Source: Candidatus Stercoripulliclostridium sp. (GTDB lineage: Bacteria > Bacillota > Clostridia > Christensenellales > DTU072). From it: a stretch of DNA of 64,000 nt. Each line of letters begins with the position of its first letter. Position 1 is the first letter of the stretch. Where the stretch lies: assembly GCA_045577735.1 (NCBI GenBank), contig JAZNIY010000008.1:201088-265087 (forward strand), in the 5' to 3' direction. Below are positions 10,333-20,353 of the stretch, piece after piece. The position numbers were made by a program, and so were the translations under genes. The notes below the pieces were generated by a model, which did not search any database, was not told the DNA's origin, and saw only the letters and a program-made list of their open reading frames with translations.

Positions 10333-10575
10333 TTAATAGCGAGTGTCGTGGGTGCAAAAATATGTACCTATAGTTTCAAATAAAGTTTTGTCATTAGGGG
10401 CTAAGTCAATTAAAAGTTTCAAGTCTTGTTTTGTTTGATATCCGTAGTTTTGTTGATTATCAACGCTTTGTTTTAAAAATGACTTTATCGCTTTTTCTTT
10501 TATATGATTTTCAATGTTTGGATCTTGAAGTAGTTTTATAAAATCAAGTAGAAATGTGAAGAAATCTTGTTCCAT
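10333..10575 (-). CDS. Small hypothetical protein inside the RM operon
   Basis: 80 aa, RBS GGGAG, tight spacing to both neighbours. Confidence 0.6.
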   Translation of the reverse strand: MEQDFFTFLLDFIKLLQDPNIENHIKEKAIKSFLKQSVDNQQNYGYQTKQDLKLLIDLAPNDKTLFETIGTYFCTHDTRY

Positions 10576-10589
10576 AAGTATCTCCCTAA

Positions 10590-11435
10590 TTATTCTATCG
10601 TGATATGTATTACATTATCGACAAGCTTCCATTTCGCTTGCTTTGAAATGAAAATATTATCTTCATTAATCAAACCGCTTTGTTTATATATTTCTGTTAC
10701 TCCACCTAAATATCTACGTGTTTTATCTATATTTAGTTGATAAGTGCTACCATTAAAAACAACCGTTATAGTTTCATCGTTAGCGCTTATTGTATTTTTA
10801 ATTAGTTGAGGGATGATTAAAATACGCGCGCGAATATCGTTTGCAGTTATTTCTCTTGACACGATGTAGTCATTTTCAATAGTGATAACAGGGGTAGAGT
10901 CGCAAGTAGATACTTCAGTAAAAAGGCTCTTAATTGCCTCTTTTACCAAAACAGGCTTATATGTAAAACCTATTCCGTTTTCAATACACATATCAAGAAG
11001 TTTCTCACCATTTATTAAAATAGTAGGATTATTAGGATTGCTAATGGCTTCTTCTAGTGCTCCTTTTGTAAAATCAGAGGTGGTAATCAAAACGTTAATA
11101 AAATTACAATTCAAAACATTGCCGTTTTTATCTCTTTTTGTAGAGCCTTTTAAATCCCTTATTTCTTTTGCTTGAACTTTGTTTGATAGCTTGTACCTTT
11201 TGGCTTGGATGTAGTAGTTTATAGTATCTATACCACCAACATCAATTCCTTTTTTAATACAAGTTAAATCAATACCTTTATCGCCAACATATTGCGTAGT
11301 AACGACTTCTTCAAAGCCGATTTTTTGCAAAAAATGATTTAAGAAAAGTTCAAAATCTCTAGGGCTGACAAAGCAATCGTAAAGCGCTTGGATATATTCC
11401 TTTTTAAGTTCCTTTGGTAAATCTAAATAATTCAT
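10590..11435 (-). CDS. Mrr-like (PD-(D/E)xK) restriction endonuclease with a C-terminal extra domain
   Basis: PRDFE, GDKGID, IQAKRY, ITTSDFT and LINGEKL Mrr_cat motifs. Confidence 0.85.
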   Translation of the reverse strand: MNYLDLPKELKKEYIQALYDCFVSPRDFELFLNHFLQKIGFEEVVTTQYVGDKGIDLTCIKKGIDVGGIDTINYYIQAKRYKLSNKVQAKEIRDLKGSTKRDKNGNVLNCNFINVLITTSDFTKGALEEAISNPNNPTILINGEKLLDMCIENGIGFTYKPVLVKEAIKSLFTEVSTCDSTPVITIENDYIVSREITANDIRARILIIPQLIKNTISANDETITVVFNGSTYQLNIDKTRRYLGGVTEIYKQSGLINEDNIFISKQAKWKLVDNVIHITIE

Positions 11436-11447
11436 CTTGTTTCCTCT

Positions 11448-12515
11448 CTAATTACAAATAAGCAATTCTTTTATCTTGCCACGGCTGTCGCCTTTACTGT
11501 TTATTGCTCTTGTAGCCTCAACCTTGTTTATTGTATATGATTTATAAAGTTCCTCGAAGAAAGTATCTTCGGGGTTTACGTTTTGCGGATCAGAATTACT
11601 TAACATTATTTTTGCACCGCTTAAATTTATTTCATCAATAAATCTTGCAAGGCGTATTTGTTCGTTATCATCAAAGCAATCGGCATTATATGCTGTAAAG
11701 CCCGCTGTTTCAGAAATAGGACGGTAAGGGGGATCAAGATAAACAAAAGTATCTTTATCTATAAAATCTTTTGAAAGAGTATAATCTCCACAAACGATAG
11801 TAACGTTTTGTAATGCCTCAGATACGTTACGCAAATTGTTTTCATCGCAAATAGTTGGGTTTTTATATGCTCCCATAGGAACATTAAATTGTCCTTTCTT
11901 GTTCACACGATAAAGCCCATTAAAGCAAGTCTTGTTTAAGAATATAAATAAAGAGGCTTTTTCGACTGCGGTTTCTTCAGTAATTTGCAAAGAATTAAAT
12001 CTATCTCTTGCTGTATAGTAATAATATTTACGTCCGTTTTCATCCATAGGAACGAACGCAAGTTGCATTTCGGTTAGTTTATTTACAAGCTCGTCAACCT
12101 TGTTTTTTACAACGTTATAAGCGTTGATAAGCTCTTCATTTATATCACTAATATAAAGGCTTTCAAAGTTATATTTAGAAAGAATATTAAAAAGCAATGC
12201 ACCACCACCAACCAATGGCTCTGCATACTTTGTTAAGACTTTTTTCCCGTCAATAGGAATATATTTTTCTAATTGTTCAATAAGTTGACCTTTACCTCCA
12301 ACCCATTTAACAAAAGGCTTTAACTCAACAATCTTTTGTTTTTCGTATCTAATAGTACGCTTATCAATAGGCTTTTCGGCATTGCTTGGGATAATCCACA
12401 TATTGCCGACCATCATTGCACCTTTAATGCGTTCTTCCGCGCATAAAATTGCAACGCGTCTTTGAGAAATATTCCATTTTTCTGCTGCCTCTTTTGCCGA
12501 CATATAACTAAGCAT
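11448..12515 (-). CDS. dpnM: Dam/DpnM-family adenine methyltransferase with an N-terminal HTH
   Basis: KWVGGK, EPLVGGGA, FNGLYRVNKKGQFNVP and DPPY motifs. N-terminal AKEAAEKWNISQRRV HTH; RBS GAGGTGA before 12515. Confidence 0.9.
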   Translation of the reverse strand: MLSYMSAKEAAEKWNISQRRVAILCAEERIKGAMMVGNMWIIPSNAEKPIDKRTIRYEKQKIVELKPFVKWVGGKGQLIEQLEKYIPIDGKKVLTKYAEPLVGGGALLFNILSKYNFESLYISDINEELINAYNVVKNKVDELVNKLTEMQLAFVPMDENGRKYYYYTARDRFNSLQITEETAVEKASLFIFLNKTCFNGLYRVNKKGQFNVPMGAYKNPTICDENNLRNVSEALQNVTIVCGDYTLSKDFIDKDTFVYLDPPYRPISETAGFTAYNADCFDDNEQIRLARFIDEINLSGAKIMLSNSDPQNVNPEDTFFEELYKSYTINKVEATRAINSKGDSRGKIKELLICN

Positions 12516-12633
12516 AAATATCACCTCAAATATGATACATATATTATATTCCAAATCTCGAATAATAGCAATAGGATATTTACTAAAACTTAAACATAAA
12601 TTTTTGGTTTATAATGTGATGCCACTATTATGA

Positions 12634-12694
12634 GTGCTTGTTATATACAAGTAGACCCAATTTCAAGGTATAAAATATATGTTTGGCGGCGGAG
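12634..12694. repeat. Partial (left-hand) copy of the tRNA-Ser-associated element
   Basis: GTGCTTGTTATATACAAGTAGACCCAATTTCAAGGTATAAAA...GTTTGGCGGCGGAG matches 23160-23223 and 27007-27069. Confidence 0.9.
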
Positions 12695-12761
12695 GGTATT
12701 AAACATAAAACTATCTTTTGTTGAGATTGACTTTTTGTTTAACCTATGTTAGTATGAAAGC

Positions 12762-13472
12762 ATGGAACAAATACAAGAAATAAAAGAACAACTATGTGAC
12801 GTATGTCATAAAATGTGGCAACTTGGTTGGGTTGCTGCAAATGATGGAAACGTTAGTGCAAAACTTCCCGATGGAAGGGTTATTGCTACGCCTACAGGCA
12901 TCAGTAAAGCATTTATTACACCTGAAAAACTTGTTATTCTTGACAAAGAGGGCAATATCCTTGAAGCCAACGAAGGATATCGTCCATCAAGTGAAATCAA
13001 AATGCATCTTCGTTGTTATCAAAAGAGAGAGGACGTTTTTAGTGTAATCCATGCTCATCCTCCTGGTGCTACTGGGTTTGCTGTAGCACATAAGGCAATG
13101 GATATGTATAACATGATAGAGGATGTTGCCGTTATTGGTTCGGTACCACTTACTCCTTATGGCACACCATCTACTTCGGAAGTTCCGGATTCAATAGAAC
13201 CATACCTTGAAGAACATGATGTTATGCTTTTAGAAAACCATGGAGCACTTGCCGTGGGAAGCGACGTAATAACCGCTTTTTATAGAATGGAAAGTCTTGA
13301 ACTTTGGGCAAAAATAACTATTAATGCTGTTATTTTGGGTGGCAGTCACGATATTAGCAAAGAGAACATACAAAAACTCATTGATTTAAGAGGATACTAT
13401 AGAGTAACGGGTAGGCACCCCGGATATAAGGTTTTTAATCCGGAAGATAATTTGCTTCATAAGAAGGATTAA
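12762..13472 (+). CDS. fucA: Class II aldolase (fuculose/rhamnulose-1-phosphate aldolase)
   Basis: DGNVS, TPTG, PSSEIKMH, HAH and LENHG motifs; operon with a kinase and fucI. Confidence 0.75.
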   Translation: MEQIQEIKEQLCDVCHKMWQLGWVAANDGNVSAKLPDGRVIATPTGISKAFITPEKLVILDKEGNILEANEGYRPSSEIKMHLRCYQKREDVFSVIHAHPPGATGFAVAHKAMDMYNMIEDVAVIGSVPLTPYGTPSTSEVPDSIEPYLEEHDVMLLENHGALAVGSDVITAFYRMESLELWAKITINAVILGGSHDISKENIQKLIDLRGYYRVTGRHPGYKVFNPEDNLLHKKD

Positions 13473-13495
13473 TTAGTCCAAAAGGTCAAGATAAG

Positions 13496-14905
13496 ATGAA
13501 AACGGTTTTAGCCTTTGATTTTGGTGCTTCTTCTGGAAGAGCAATAAAAGGAGTCTTTGACGGAAAAAGTATAAAGTATTCAGAAATTCATCGTTTTGAA
13601 AACATACCCCAAATAGTTGATGGGCATGTTTGTCATGATGTTGATATGATTTTTGAGGAAATCAAAACTGCGATTAGAAAGGCAGGGAGGGTTGATTCAA
13701 TCGCTTTTGATACTTGGGGTGTTGATTATGCACTTCTTGATGAAGAAGGTAATATTATACACGAGCCGTATCATTATCGCGATAGTCGCACTGCTAACGC
13801 CTTGGAGATTGCGTTTGCCAAAATGCCAGCAGAAGCAATATTTGTAGAAACCGGCAATCAAATAATGAATATCAACACCCTTTTTCAACTTCTCTGTGAC
13901 AAGGATCTTCATAATGCAGATAAATTGCTTTTTATGCCGGATTTATTTGCTTATCTTCTTACTGGGGAAAAGGTTTGTGAAGTTACTATAGCATCAACGT
14001 CGCAAATGTTTGATATGGTAAAAGGGGAATGGAGTAAGAAAGTTTTAGATACTTTTGGCATTAAAAAAGAATTACTTCCACCTTTGAAAAAGAGTGCAAC
14101 GATAAACGGCTACTATAACGGAGTGCCAGTCATAAGTGTTGCCGGACATGATACGCAATGTGCCGTTGTAGCAATGCCCACGCATACGAAAGATGTGGCT
14201 TTTCTTTCCTGTGGCACTTGGTCGCTTATGGGGTGTGAGGTAGATGCTCCGATTATTACAAAAGAAAGTGCTGAGTACGACCTTTCTAACGAAATGGGCG
14301 CAAATGGAAAAATCAACTTTCTTAAAAACATTAGTGGGCTTTGGCTCATCCAACAACTAAGACAAGATTTAAAAGAACATGGAAAGAGCTTATCTTACGA
14401 TGAACTTGAAAATTTGGCGAGATCAAGTGAGAAATTTCGTAGTTTTATAGATCCCGATGCCCCTGATTTTTCGGCACATGGCGATTTGATTGACAAGATA
14501 AAAGCATATTGCAAAAAAACAAACCAACCAGTACCTTTGACTATCGGTCAAATAGTACGCTGTATTTATGAAAGCCTTGTTATGAAATATAGACTTGCCC
14601 TTGAGCAAATCAGCGAGTGTGCCCAAAAAAACTTTGAAGTACTTAACCTTATGGGTGGCGGTTCCAAAGATAGTTTCTTGTGTGAATTAGCCTCTGAGAG
14701 CATAGGTATCCCTGTTATTGCAGGGCCGGTTGAAGCCACCGCTCTTGGCAACATTATATTACAACTTATTGCACTTGGTGCAATAAAGGATGTTGACGAG
14801 GGACGAAAAATAATTGCCGAAACGGAAAATGTAAAACTTTTTAACAAAAAAAGAAGGGCAGAGTGGGATGTGGCATATAAAAGATTTTGTGAAATTATAT
14901 CGTAA
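13496..14905 (+). CDS. FGGY sugar kinase (rhamnulokinase/fuculokinase)
   Basis: DFGASSGR, DTWGVDY, HYRD, GHDT, SCGTWSL and GPVEATALGN motifs. Confidence 0.88.
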   Translation: MKTVLAFDFGASSGRAIKGVFDGKSIKYSEIHRFENIPQIVDGHVCHDVDMIFEEIKTAIRKAGRVDSIAFDTWGVDYALLDEEGNIIHEPYHYRDSRTANALEIAFAKMPAEAIFVETGNQIMNINTLFQLLCDKDLHNADKLLFMPDLFAYLLTGEKVCEVTIASTSQMFDMVKGEWSKKVLDTFGIKKELLPPLKKSATINGYYNGVPVISVAGHDTQCAVVAMPTHTKDVAFLSCGTWSLMGCEVDAPIITKESAEYDLSNEMGANGKINFLKNISGLWLIQQLRQDLKEHGKSLSYDELENLARSSEKFRSFIDPDAPDFSAHGDLIDKIKAYCKKTNQPVPLTIGQIVRCIYESLVMKYRLALEQISECAQKNFEVLNLMGGGSKDSFLCELASESIGIPVIAGPVEATALGNIILQLIALGAIKDVDEGRKIIAETENVKLFNKKRRAEWDVAYKRFCEIIS

Positions 14906-14947
14906 CAATTTTTAATAAATATACAATAATTGAAAGGAGAAAAAGAA

Positions 14948-16732
14948 ATGTTGTACCCTAAAATTGGAATTAGGCCTGTTATTGACGGACGCTGGGGTGG
15001 CGTTAGAGAAAGTCTTGAAACACAGACGATGAATATGGCAAAATCAGCAGCAAAACTTATAAGCGAAAACCTTAAATATCCAGACGGCACACCAGTACAA
15101 TGCGTTATTTCCAACACTACAATTGGTGGTGGTGCAGAAGCCGCAAAATGCGAGGAGCAATTTTCCACAGAAAATGTTGTAGCGACCCTTTCGGTAACTC
15201 CTTGCTGGTGTTACGGCTCCGAAACATTTGATATGAACCCAAATACGATTAAAGCAGTATGGGGATTTAACGGTACAGAAAGACCCGGCGCCGTATATCT
15301 TGCCGCCGTAATGGCTGCTTATGCCCAAAAGGGACTTCCGGCATTTTCTATTTACGGTAAAGACGTTCAAGATATGGATGATACGACCATTCCTTCCGAC
15401 GTTAGCGAAAAAATCCTTCGTTTTGCAAAATCTGCTGTTACGGTAGGATGGATGAAGAACAAGTCTTACGTTAATCTTGGTGGGGTATCAATGGGCATAG
15501 CAGGCAGTTATTGTGATGCATCTATGTTCCAAAAATATTTTGGTATTCGTGCCGAGTGGGTTGATATGAGTGACATCATTAGAAGAATAACCCTTGAAAT
15601 ATATGATAAAGATGAGTACGATAGGGCTCTAAAATGGATTAAAGCAAATTGTAAGGAAGGCTTTGACGTAAATGCCGGTAAAGAACTTCCCGAAATCATA
15701 AAGAAATCTAAAGTTGTACCAGCAGATAAGGACTGGGAGTTTATCGCAAAGTTTTCAATTATAGTTAAAGATATTCTTTATGGAAATAAGAAACTTGATG
15801 AGCTTGGCTGGCATGAAGAAGCACTGGGTAAAAATGCGGTTGCCGGCGGGTTCCAAGGACAAAGAAATTGGACGGATTGGCTTCCCAATGCAGATTTTAC
15901 CGAAGCAATAATGGCTTCTACCTTTGACTGGAATGGACCAAAGGCTCCCACTCCGTTTGCAACGGAGAATGACACACTTAATGGGGTTTCCATGATGTTG
16001 GGAACGCTTTTAACAGGAAGTGCTCCATGTTTCCATGACGTTCGTACATATTGGAGTCCCGAGGCTTGTGAAAGAGTAACAGGAATTAAGCCAGAGGGGA
16101 AGGCAAGCGAAGGTTTTATTCATCTTATCAATTCTGGAGCAACAGCCCTTGACGGATGTGGTGCATCTAAAAACGATAAAGGCGAGAATTGCATGAAGCC
16201 CTTCTGGGAAATGACGGAATCAGATATAAACGCCTGCTTGGAAGCAACCGATTGGTGCAGAGCAAATTATGAATATTTCCGTGGCGGTGGTTTTTCTAGT
16301 CATTTCCGTTGTAAAGCAGAAATGCCCGTTACAATGCTTCGTGTAAACATTGTAGAAGGGGTTGGCCCGGTTATGCAAATTGCAGAGGGATATACTGTAA
16401 ATATTCCCGATAATGCACACACGACTATTGATTTAAGAACGGATAGAACATGGCCTACAACTTGGTTTACTCCCATTCTCACGGGCGAGGGTGCATTCAA
16501 AGACGTTTACTCTGTTATGGCAAACTGGGGAGCAAACCATGGTGTTACGGTATATGGTCACGTAGGGGCAGACCTTATTACACTTGCATCCATGCTTCGT
16601 ATACCTGTTAATATGCACAACGTATCGCAAGAAAAAATCTTCCGTCCCCATTCATGGACAGCGTTTGGTACCGAGGATAGTCAATCGGCAGATTACAAAG
16701 CATGTGGCGTTTATGGTCCCATTTATGGCTAA
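14948..16732 (+). CDS. fucI: L-fucose (D-arabinose) isomerase
   Basis: [43 protein letters not shown] and WGANH motifs. Confidence 0.95.
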   Translation: MLYPKIGIRPVIDGRWGGVRESLETQTMNMAKSAAKLISENLKYPDGTPVQCVISNTTIGGGAEAAKCEEQFSTENVVATLSVTPCWCYGSETFDMNPNTIKAVWGFNGTERPGAVYLAAVMAAYAQKGLPAFSIYGKDVQDMDDTTIPSDVSEKILRFAKSAVTVGWMKNKSYVNLGGVSMGIAGSYCDASMFQKYFGIRAEWVDMSDIIRRITLEIYDKDEYDRALKWIKANCKEGFDVNAGKELPEIIKKSKVVPADKDWEFIAKFSIIVKDILYGNKKLDELGWHEEALGKNAVAGGFQGQRNWTDWLPNADFTEAIMASTFDWNGPKAPTPFATENDTLNGVSMMLGTLLTGSAPCFHDVRTYWSPEACERVTGIKPEGKASEGFIHLINSGATALDGCGASKNDKGENCMKPFWEMTESDINACLEATDWCRANYEYFRGGGFSSHFRCKAEMPVTMLRVNIVEGVGPVMQIAEGYTVNIPDNAHTTIDLRTDRTWPTTWFTPILTGEGAFKDVYSVMANWGANHGVTVYGHVGADLITLASMLRIPVNMHNVSQEKIFRPHSWTAFGTEDSQSADYKACGVYGPIYG

Positions 16733-16767
16733 TTAGAAACCTAAAACACATATAACCATAAAAACAA

Positions 16768-16797
16768 AAAAGGCCTTGTCTTAACAAGGTCTTTTAT
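16768..16797. terminator. Bidirectional terminator between convergent operons
   Basis: AAAAGGCCTTGT-CTTA-ACAAGGTCTTTT. Confidence 0.75.
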
Positions 16798-16807
16798 CAT
16801 TTTATCG

Positions 16808-18712
16808 TTAATCAATGGTATAAGTATTTTTGTCTAAATCAATAGTGATGGAGGTGCCGTCTGAATAGGTGGTTTTTTGTTTGCGATAACTTCCAAGAAA
16901 TTCATGTTTCAACATCTCTTTGTTATATAATCGCTCTTGTAGATTACATAGGGGTTCAATACGACTAATCTCCTTTTTTAATTCTTCATCATTCATCATT
17001 TCAATATCGGCAGTACGATTGTCGGTTCCTATTTTCTTAAGAGAGTTTCCGTATGGGTGCAAGTAAGGCATACCGGCATTCAAGGCACAATATAAATCGC
17101 CATCCTCTCCTTTTGGAATGCCCCAATTATTAAACCAATTCCAAGGTATGATTATGCAATCGTGATATACTAAATTGCAAAGAGGGATAGGGATGCCGAT
17201 AGGCTTACCATTTTCCTGTGGTTTTAATGCGTGAGGACCATGGTGAACAAGGGCAAGGTGATTGAGTAGTTGCATTCCGGGTTCTTCGGAAGACATTATA
17301 AGTCCTTTTTCGTTGAGATAGTCAAAGCATTTTGCACGGAAGGCTATGCTTTCTTCCCTTGTAACAGAGTGATTTTCATGGAAGCACTCATCACCTTGCA
17401 TAATTGCAAACACATCAAGGTATGCACCTTGCACGTCAATATTGTGTTCTGCAAGTTCGTCATATGTTTTCTTAACAAAATCCAAAGCGAAAGAAGAACA
17501 AAGATAGGTATGTTCCCCACCATCCCATATTGAGCAGTAGGGGTTGCTTCCATCAGCATTAGTTATAGCCTTGTTTTTGTCAAATACCGGGCTGTCGTAA
17601 TAATAATCTCTATATTGGTCGTGAAGTGCGAACACATAGCCGAGTTCGCGACAAGTATCGGCAAAATCTTTTAGCCCATTCCAGCCACCGGCTTGTTTAC
17701 AAGGAGGCAAAACATACGGGTGATCGTTGTCATATCCATTTTTCCCCCAACCATCGGTGTGTATATAAAGCTTTTCAAGTCCCAGTTCCTTTAATTTTTT
17801 CATTTGCTCGGAGCGTTCTTTAAAAGTGGCACATAAGATTTCATTAGAGCCATTTTTATTATAAAATTGAGACTTTTCGTTTATTTTAGAAAAAATTTTA
17901 TGGTGAAGAACAGGTGCGCCGATAATTTTTTGTATATTAGGGTTACCCTTTATTTTTTCATCAAGCGTTACCAATAGGTTGTTTTTCATTAGATAACTGC
18001 GGTAGGTTTTCGCTATGGTGTTATAATCGCCATCGTTATGGAAGCAAAGGCGTAATTTTCTTTCATAAGATATTTTTCCAAGTGAGGTTTGCCAATAAAC
18101 GGAATTAAGAAAAGCCAAACGTTTTCCGTAACAGGAGAACATTGATGCATCATAGGGGGTTTCAACAATTGCAGTCAAAGAGTGCCCATCACAAACCCGT
18201 CCCCAAAGTGGCATATAGCAATCGGCAGAATTAATAGGTCTTTTAACGGTTGTATAATAATGGGTTGCAAATATATTTTTTTTGTACCCGTCCGGCAAAA
18301 TGAATCCTTGTCGCATTGGGTCTACGTGGTATGAAGTCTGTGTTTTATTTTTTGAATTAAAGCCACCCGGGAAGAAAATACCCTGGATTTGACCACTGGT
18401 TTCATTTTCGGTTTTAAGTGAAAAAACGACGTCATCTTCTATGACTTCGGCAGAACAAACTATAGTAAATGGTAGTTTGTCGCCATCAAGAAAAAAGTCG
18501 GAATAGTAGGTTATTATTTTATTTTCGGAATAATGTGTGTTTTTTGTTTTTGCAGACGTCAAGGGTAGGGTTTTAACCTTTTGTCTATCACCAATGTTTT
18601 TGCTAACCGCAACAAAAGGCTTTCTTCCATCGTTTATCCAAGTAAATCCATTATATGATATATCATAAGAACAGATCTTTTCATTAAACTTAATATTAAT
18701 TTTTTTATTCAT
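16808..18712 (-). CDS. Glycoside hydrolase, probably GH129 (alpha-N-acetylgalactosaminidase-like)
   Basis: HTDGWGxxGYDNDHP, LHDQYRDYY, GAYLDVF and SSEE motifs typical of GH101/GH129-type barrels. Confidence 0.7.
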   Translation of the reverse strand: MNKKINIKFNEKICSYDISYNGFTWINDGRKPFVAVSKNIGDRQKVKTLPLTSAKTKNTHYSENKIITYYSDFFLDGDKLPFTIVCSAEVIEDDVVFSLKTENETSGQIQGIFFPGGFNSKNKTQTSYHVDPMRQGFILPDGYKKNIFATHYYTTVKRPINSADCYMPLWGRVCDGHSLTAIVETPYDASMFSCYGKRLAFLNSVYWQTSLGKISYERKLRLCFHNDGDYNTIAKTYRSYLMKNNLLVTLDEKIKGNPNIQKIIGAPVLHHKIFSKINEKSQFYNKNGSNEILCATFKERSEQMKKLKELGLEKLYIHTDGWGKNGYDNDHPYVLPPCKQAGGWNGLKDFADTCRELGYVFALHDQYRDYYYDSPVFDKNKAITNADGSNPYCSIWDGGEHTYLCSSFALDFVKKTYDELAEHNIDVQGAYLDVFAIMQGDECFHENHSVTREESIAFRAKCFDYLNEKGLIMSSEEPGMQLLNHLALVHHGPHALKPQENGKPIGIPIPLCNLVYHDCIIIPWNWFNNWGIPKGEDGDLYCALNAGMPYLHPYGNSLKKIGTDNRTADIEMMNDEELKKEISRIEPLCNLQERLYNKEMLKHEFLGSYRKQKTTYSDGTSITIDLDKNTYTID

Positions 18713-18729
18713 AATTACAACCTAACTAA

Positions 18730-19263
18730 TTATTGTATTTCCAGTTTTATAAAACTGTCTACATCATGGAAAGTGCTCTTGTTGGTAGGGTTAAGTGCAT
18801 ATAGATTTAGTGCATCCTCATCATAATCTTGCCTAAATAAATTAAAATAAGCATTATCTTTTTGAAAACCCAACCTTTGTAAATTAGCGATAGGGATAGT
18901 CATGTAGCAATCCCAACAATCATGCTTCTTGTCAACGTGCGAAAAGAAAGGAGGAGAAGGAAGATATGTTATATTTAGTGGCCCATCATTGTTTTCAACA
19001 ACGCCTGCATATTGCACACCATCGGGGTTGACTTCCAACTCTAAATATTTATTTCTTTTTCCAAGAGTAATAAAAATTTCGACGGTATCTCCTTCGTATA
19101 GCTTGTCGTTGTATGATTTGCCTTTTGAAAAAACATTTTTATCATAAGAAACAAAGGATAGATTAAGCGAATCATTCTCAAACAATAGAGAATAGTCGGT
19201 TTTATTTTTTGCAAAACCACCAAAGTTATCTTTTAATTTTCCAGAGCAAATCAGTTTTTTCAT
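18730..19263 (-). CDS. CBM9-like/DOMON carbohydrate-binding domain protein
   Basis: LYEGDTVEIF, YLELEVNPDG, FNLFR and TFH motifs. Confidence 0.65.
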   Translation of the reverse strand: MKKLICSGKLKDNFGGFAKNKTDYSLLFENDSLNLSFVSYDKNVFSKGKSYNDKLYEGDTVEIFITLGKRNKYLELEVNPDGVQYAGVVENNDGPLNITYLPSPPFFSHVDKKHDCWDCYMTIPIANLQRLGFQKDNAYFNLFRQDYDEDALNLYALNPTNKSTFHDVDSFIKLEIQ

Positions 19264-19265
19264 AT

Positions 19266-20348
19266 CTATAAGTACTTTTTAACAATGGCATTCATTTGCT
19301 CCAAGTTTTGTTCCATTCTTTCTACCATTTTCATTTGTGTGCGACATCTATCCAAATTGTGTTTTTCGCGATGGGTTTTAAAGTAGTGATCGCCCTCAAG
19401 ATAGTCTGTCAAAAATCTCATGCCACACTCAAAGGTCATAAGGATTGCTCCAAAAGAGAGATTTTCTTTTTCTTTTTGTGTTAGGCTATCCTTTACTTCG
19501 CCAAGAAAACCTTTGCAGAATGATTCGTAAAGATCTAACGAAAAGTCTACGTTACTAAGATCCTTTTCATCCTCTTTGCCGGTATTTGTTCCACTTCTAA
19601 TGCTATCACCAAAATCATATAAAACAGAGCCTTTCATAACGGTATCCAAATCGATTACCGTAACGGGCATCATGCTATCTACGTTCACTAAAACGTTATT
19701 TAGTTTAGTATCGTTATGTGTTACGCGAAGGGGAATATCGCCAGAATTAATTAAATCCAGCACCTTGGAACAATAGTGTTTTCTTTGATAAAACCATTTT
19801 ACCTCATCTTCTACTTCCTGGAGTCTATTAAAAGAGTTTTTGGCTATAGCGTTTTCAAACTTAGCAAATCTATCAACTGTATTATGGAAATTAGGTATGG
19901 AATCCTTAATTGTTTCTGCGGGATACCCATCTAGCATTTTCTGGAACTTACCGAAGCCAACACCGCTTACTTCAAATTGCTCCTTTGTGGGGCTTGTTTC
20001 AATGCTGATGCCACCATAAACGAAATTGTACAAACGATAGTAGCCTATTTCATCATTTCCGTAATAAGACTTATAGTCAAGGGTTTTTATTACTCTTAAG
20101 CAGTCACTAACGTCTTGTCCACTTGCAAGCATCTTATCAAATATATATTCGGTCACACCTACTATATTTTGCATTAAGCCATCAACGTCGCGAAAAACCT
20201 TATGGTTAATTCTTTGTAGAATATAATGTTTACCTTTTTCATCTACTACTTTATACGTGTCGTTTATATGTCCACATCCGTATTTTTCTGCACCAACGAT
20301 AGGGGAGTCAACTTGAAATTGATTACAGATATTTACTATTTTTTCCAT
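19266..20348 (-). CDS. N-acetylhexosamine 1-kinase-like phosphotransferase (APH fold)
   Basis: GHINDT, ILQRIN, HNDTKLNN, IDLDTVM and RFLTDYLxGDxYFK motifs. Confidence 0.85.
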   Translation of the reverse strand: MEKIVNICNQFQVDSPIVGAEKYGCGHINDTYKVVDEKGKHYILQRINHKVFRDVDGLMQNIVGVTEYIFDKMLASGQDVSDCLRVIKTLDYKSYYGNDEIGYYRLYNFVYGGISIETSPTKEQFEVSGVGFGKFQKMLDGYPAETIKDSIPNFHNTVDRFAKFENAIAKNSFNRLQEVEDEVKWFYQRKHYCSKVLDLINSGDIPLRVTHNDTKLNNVLVNVDSMMPVTVIDLDTVMKGSVLYDFGDSIRSGTNTGKEDEKDLSNVDFSLDLYESFCKGFLGEVKDSLTQKEKENLSFGAILMTFECGMRFLTDYLEGDHYFKTHREKHNLDRCRTQMKMVERMEQNLEQMNAIVKKYL

Positions 20349-20353
20349 TGTTC

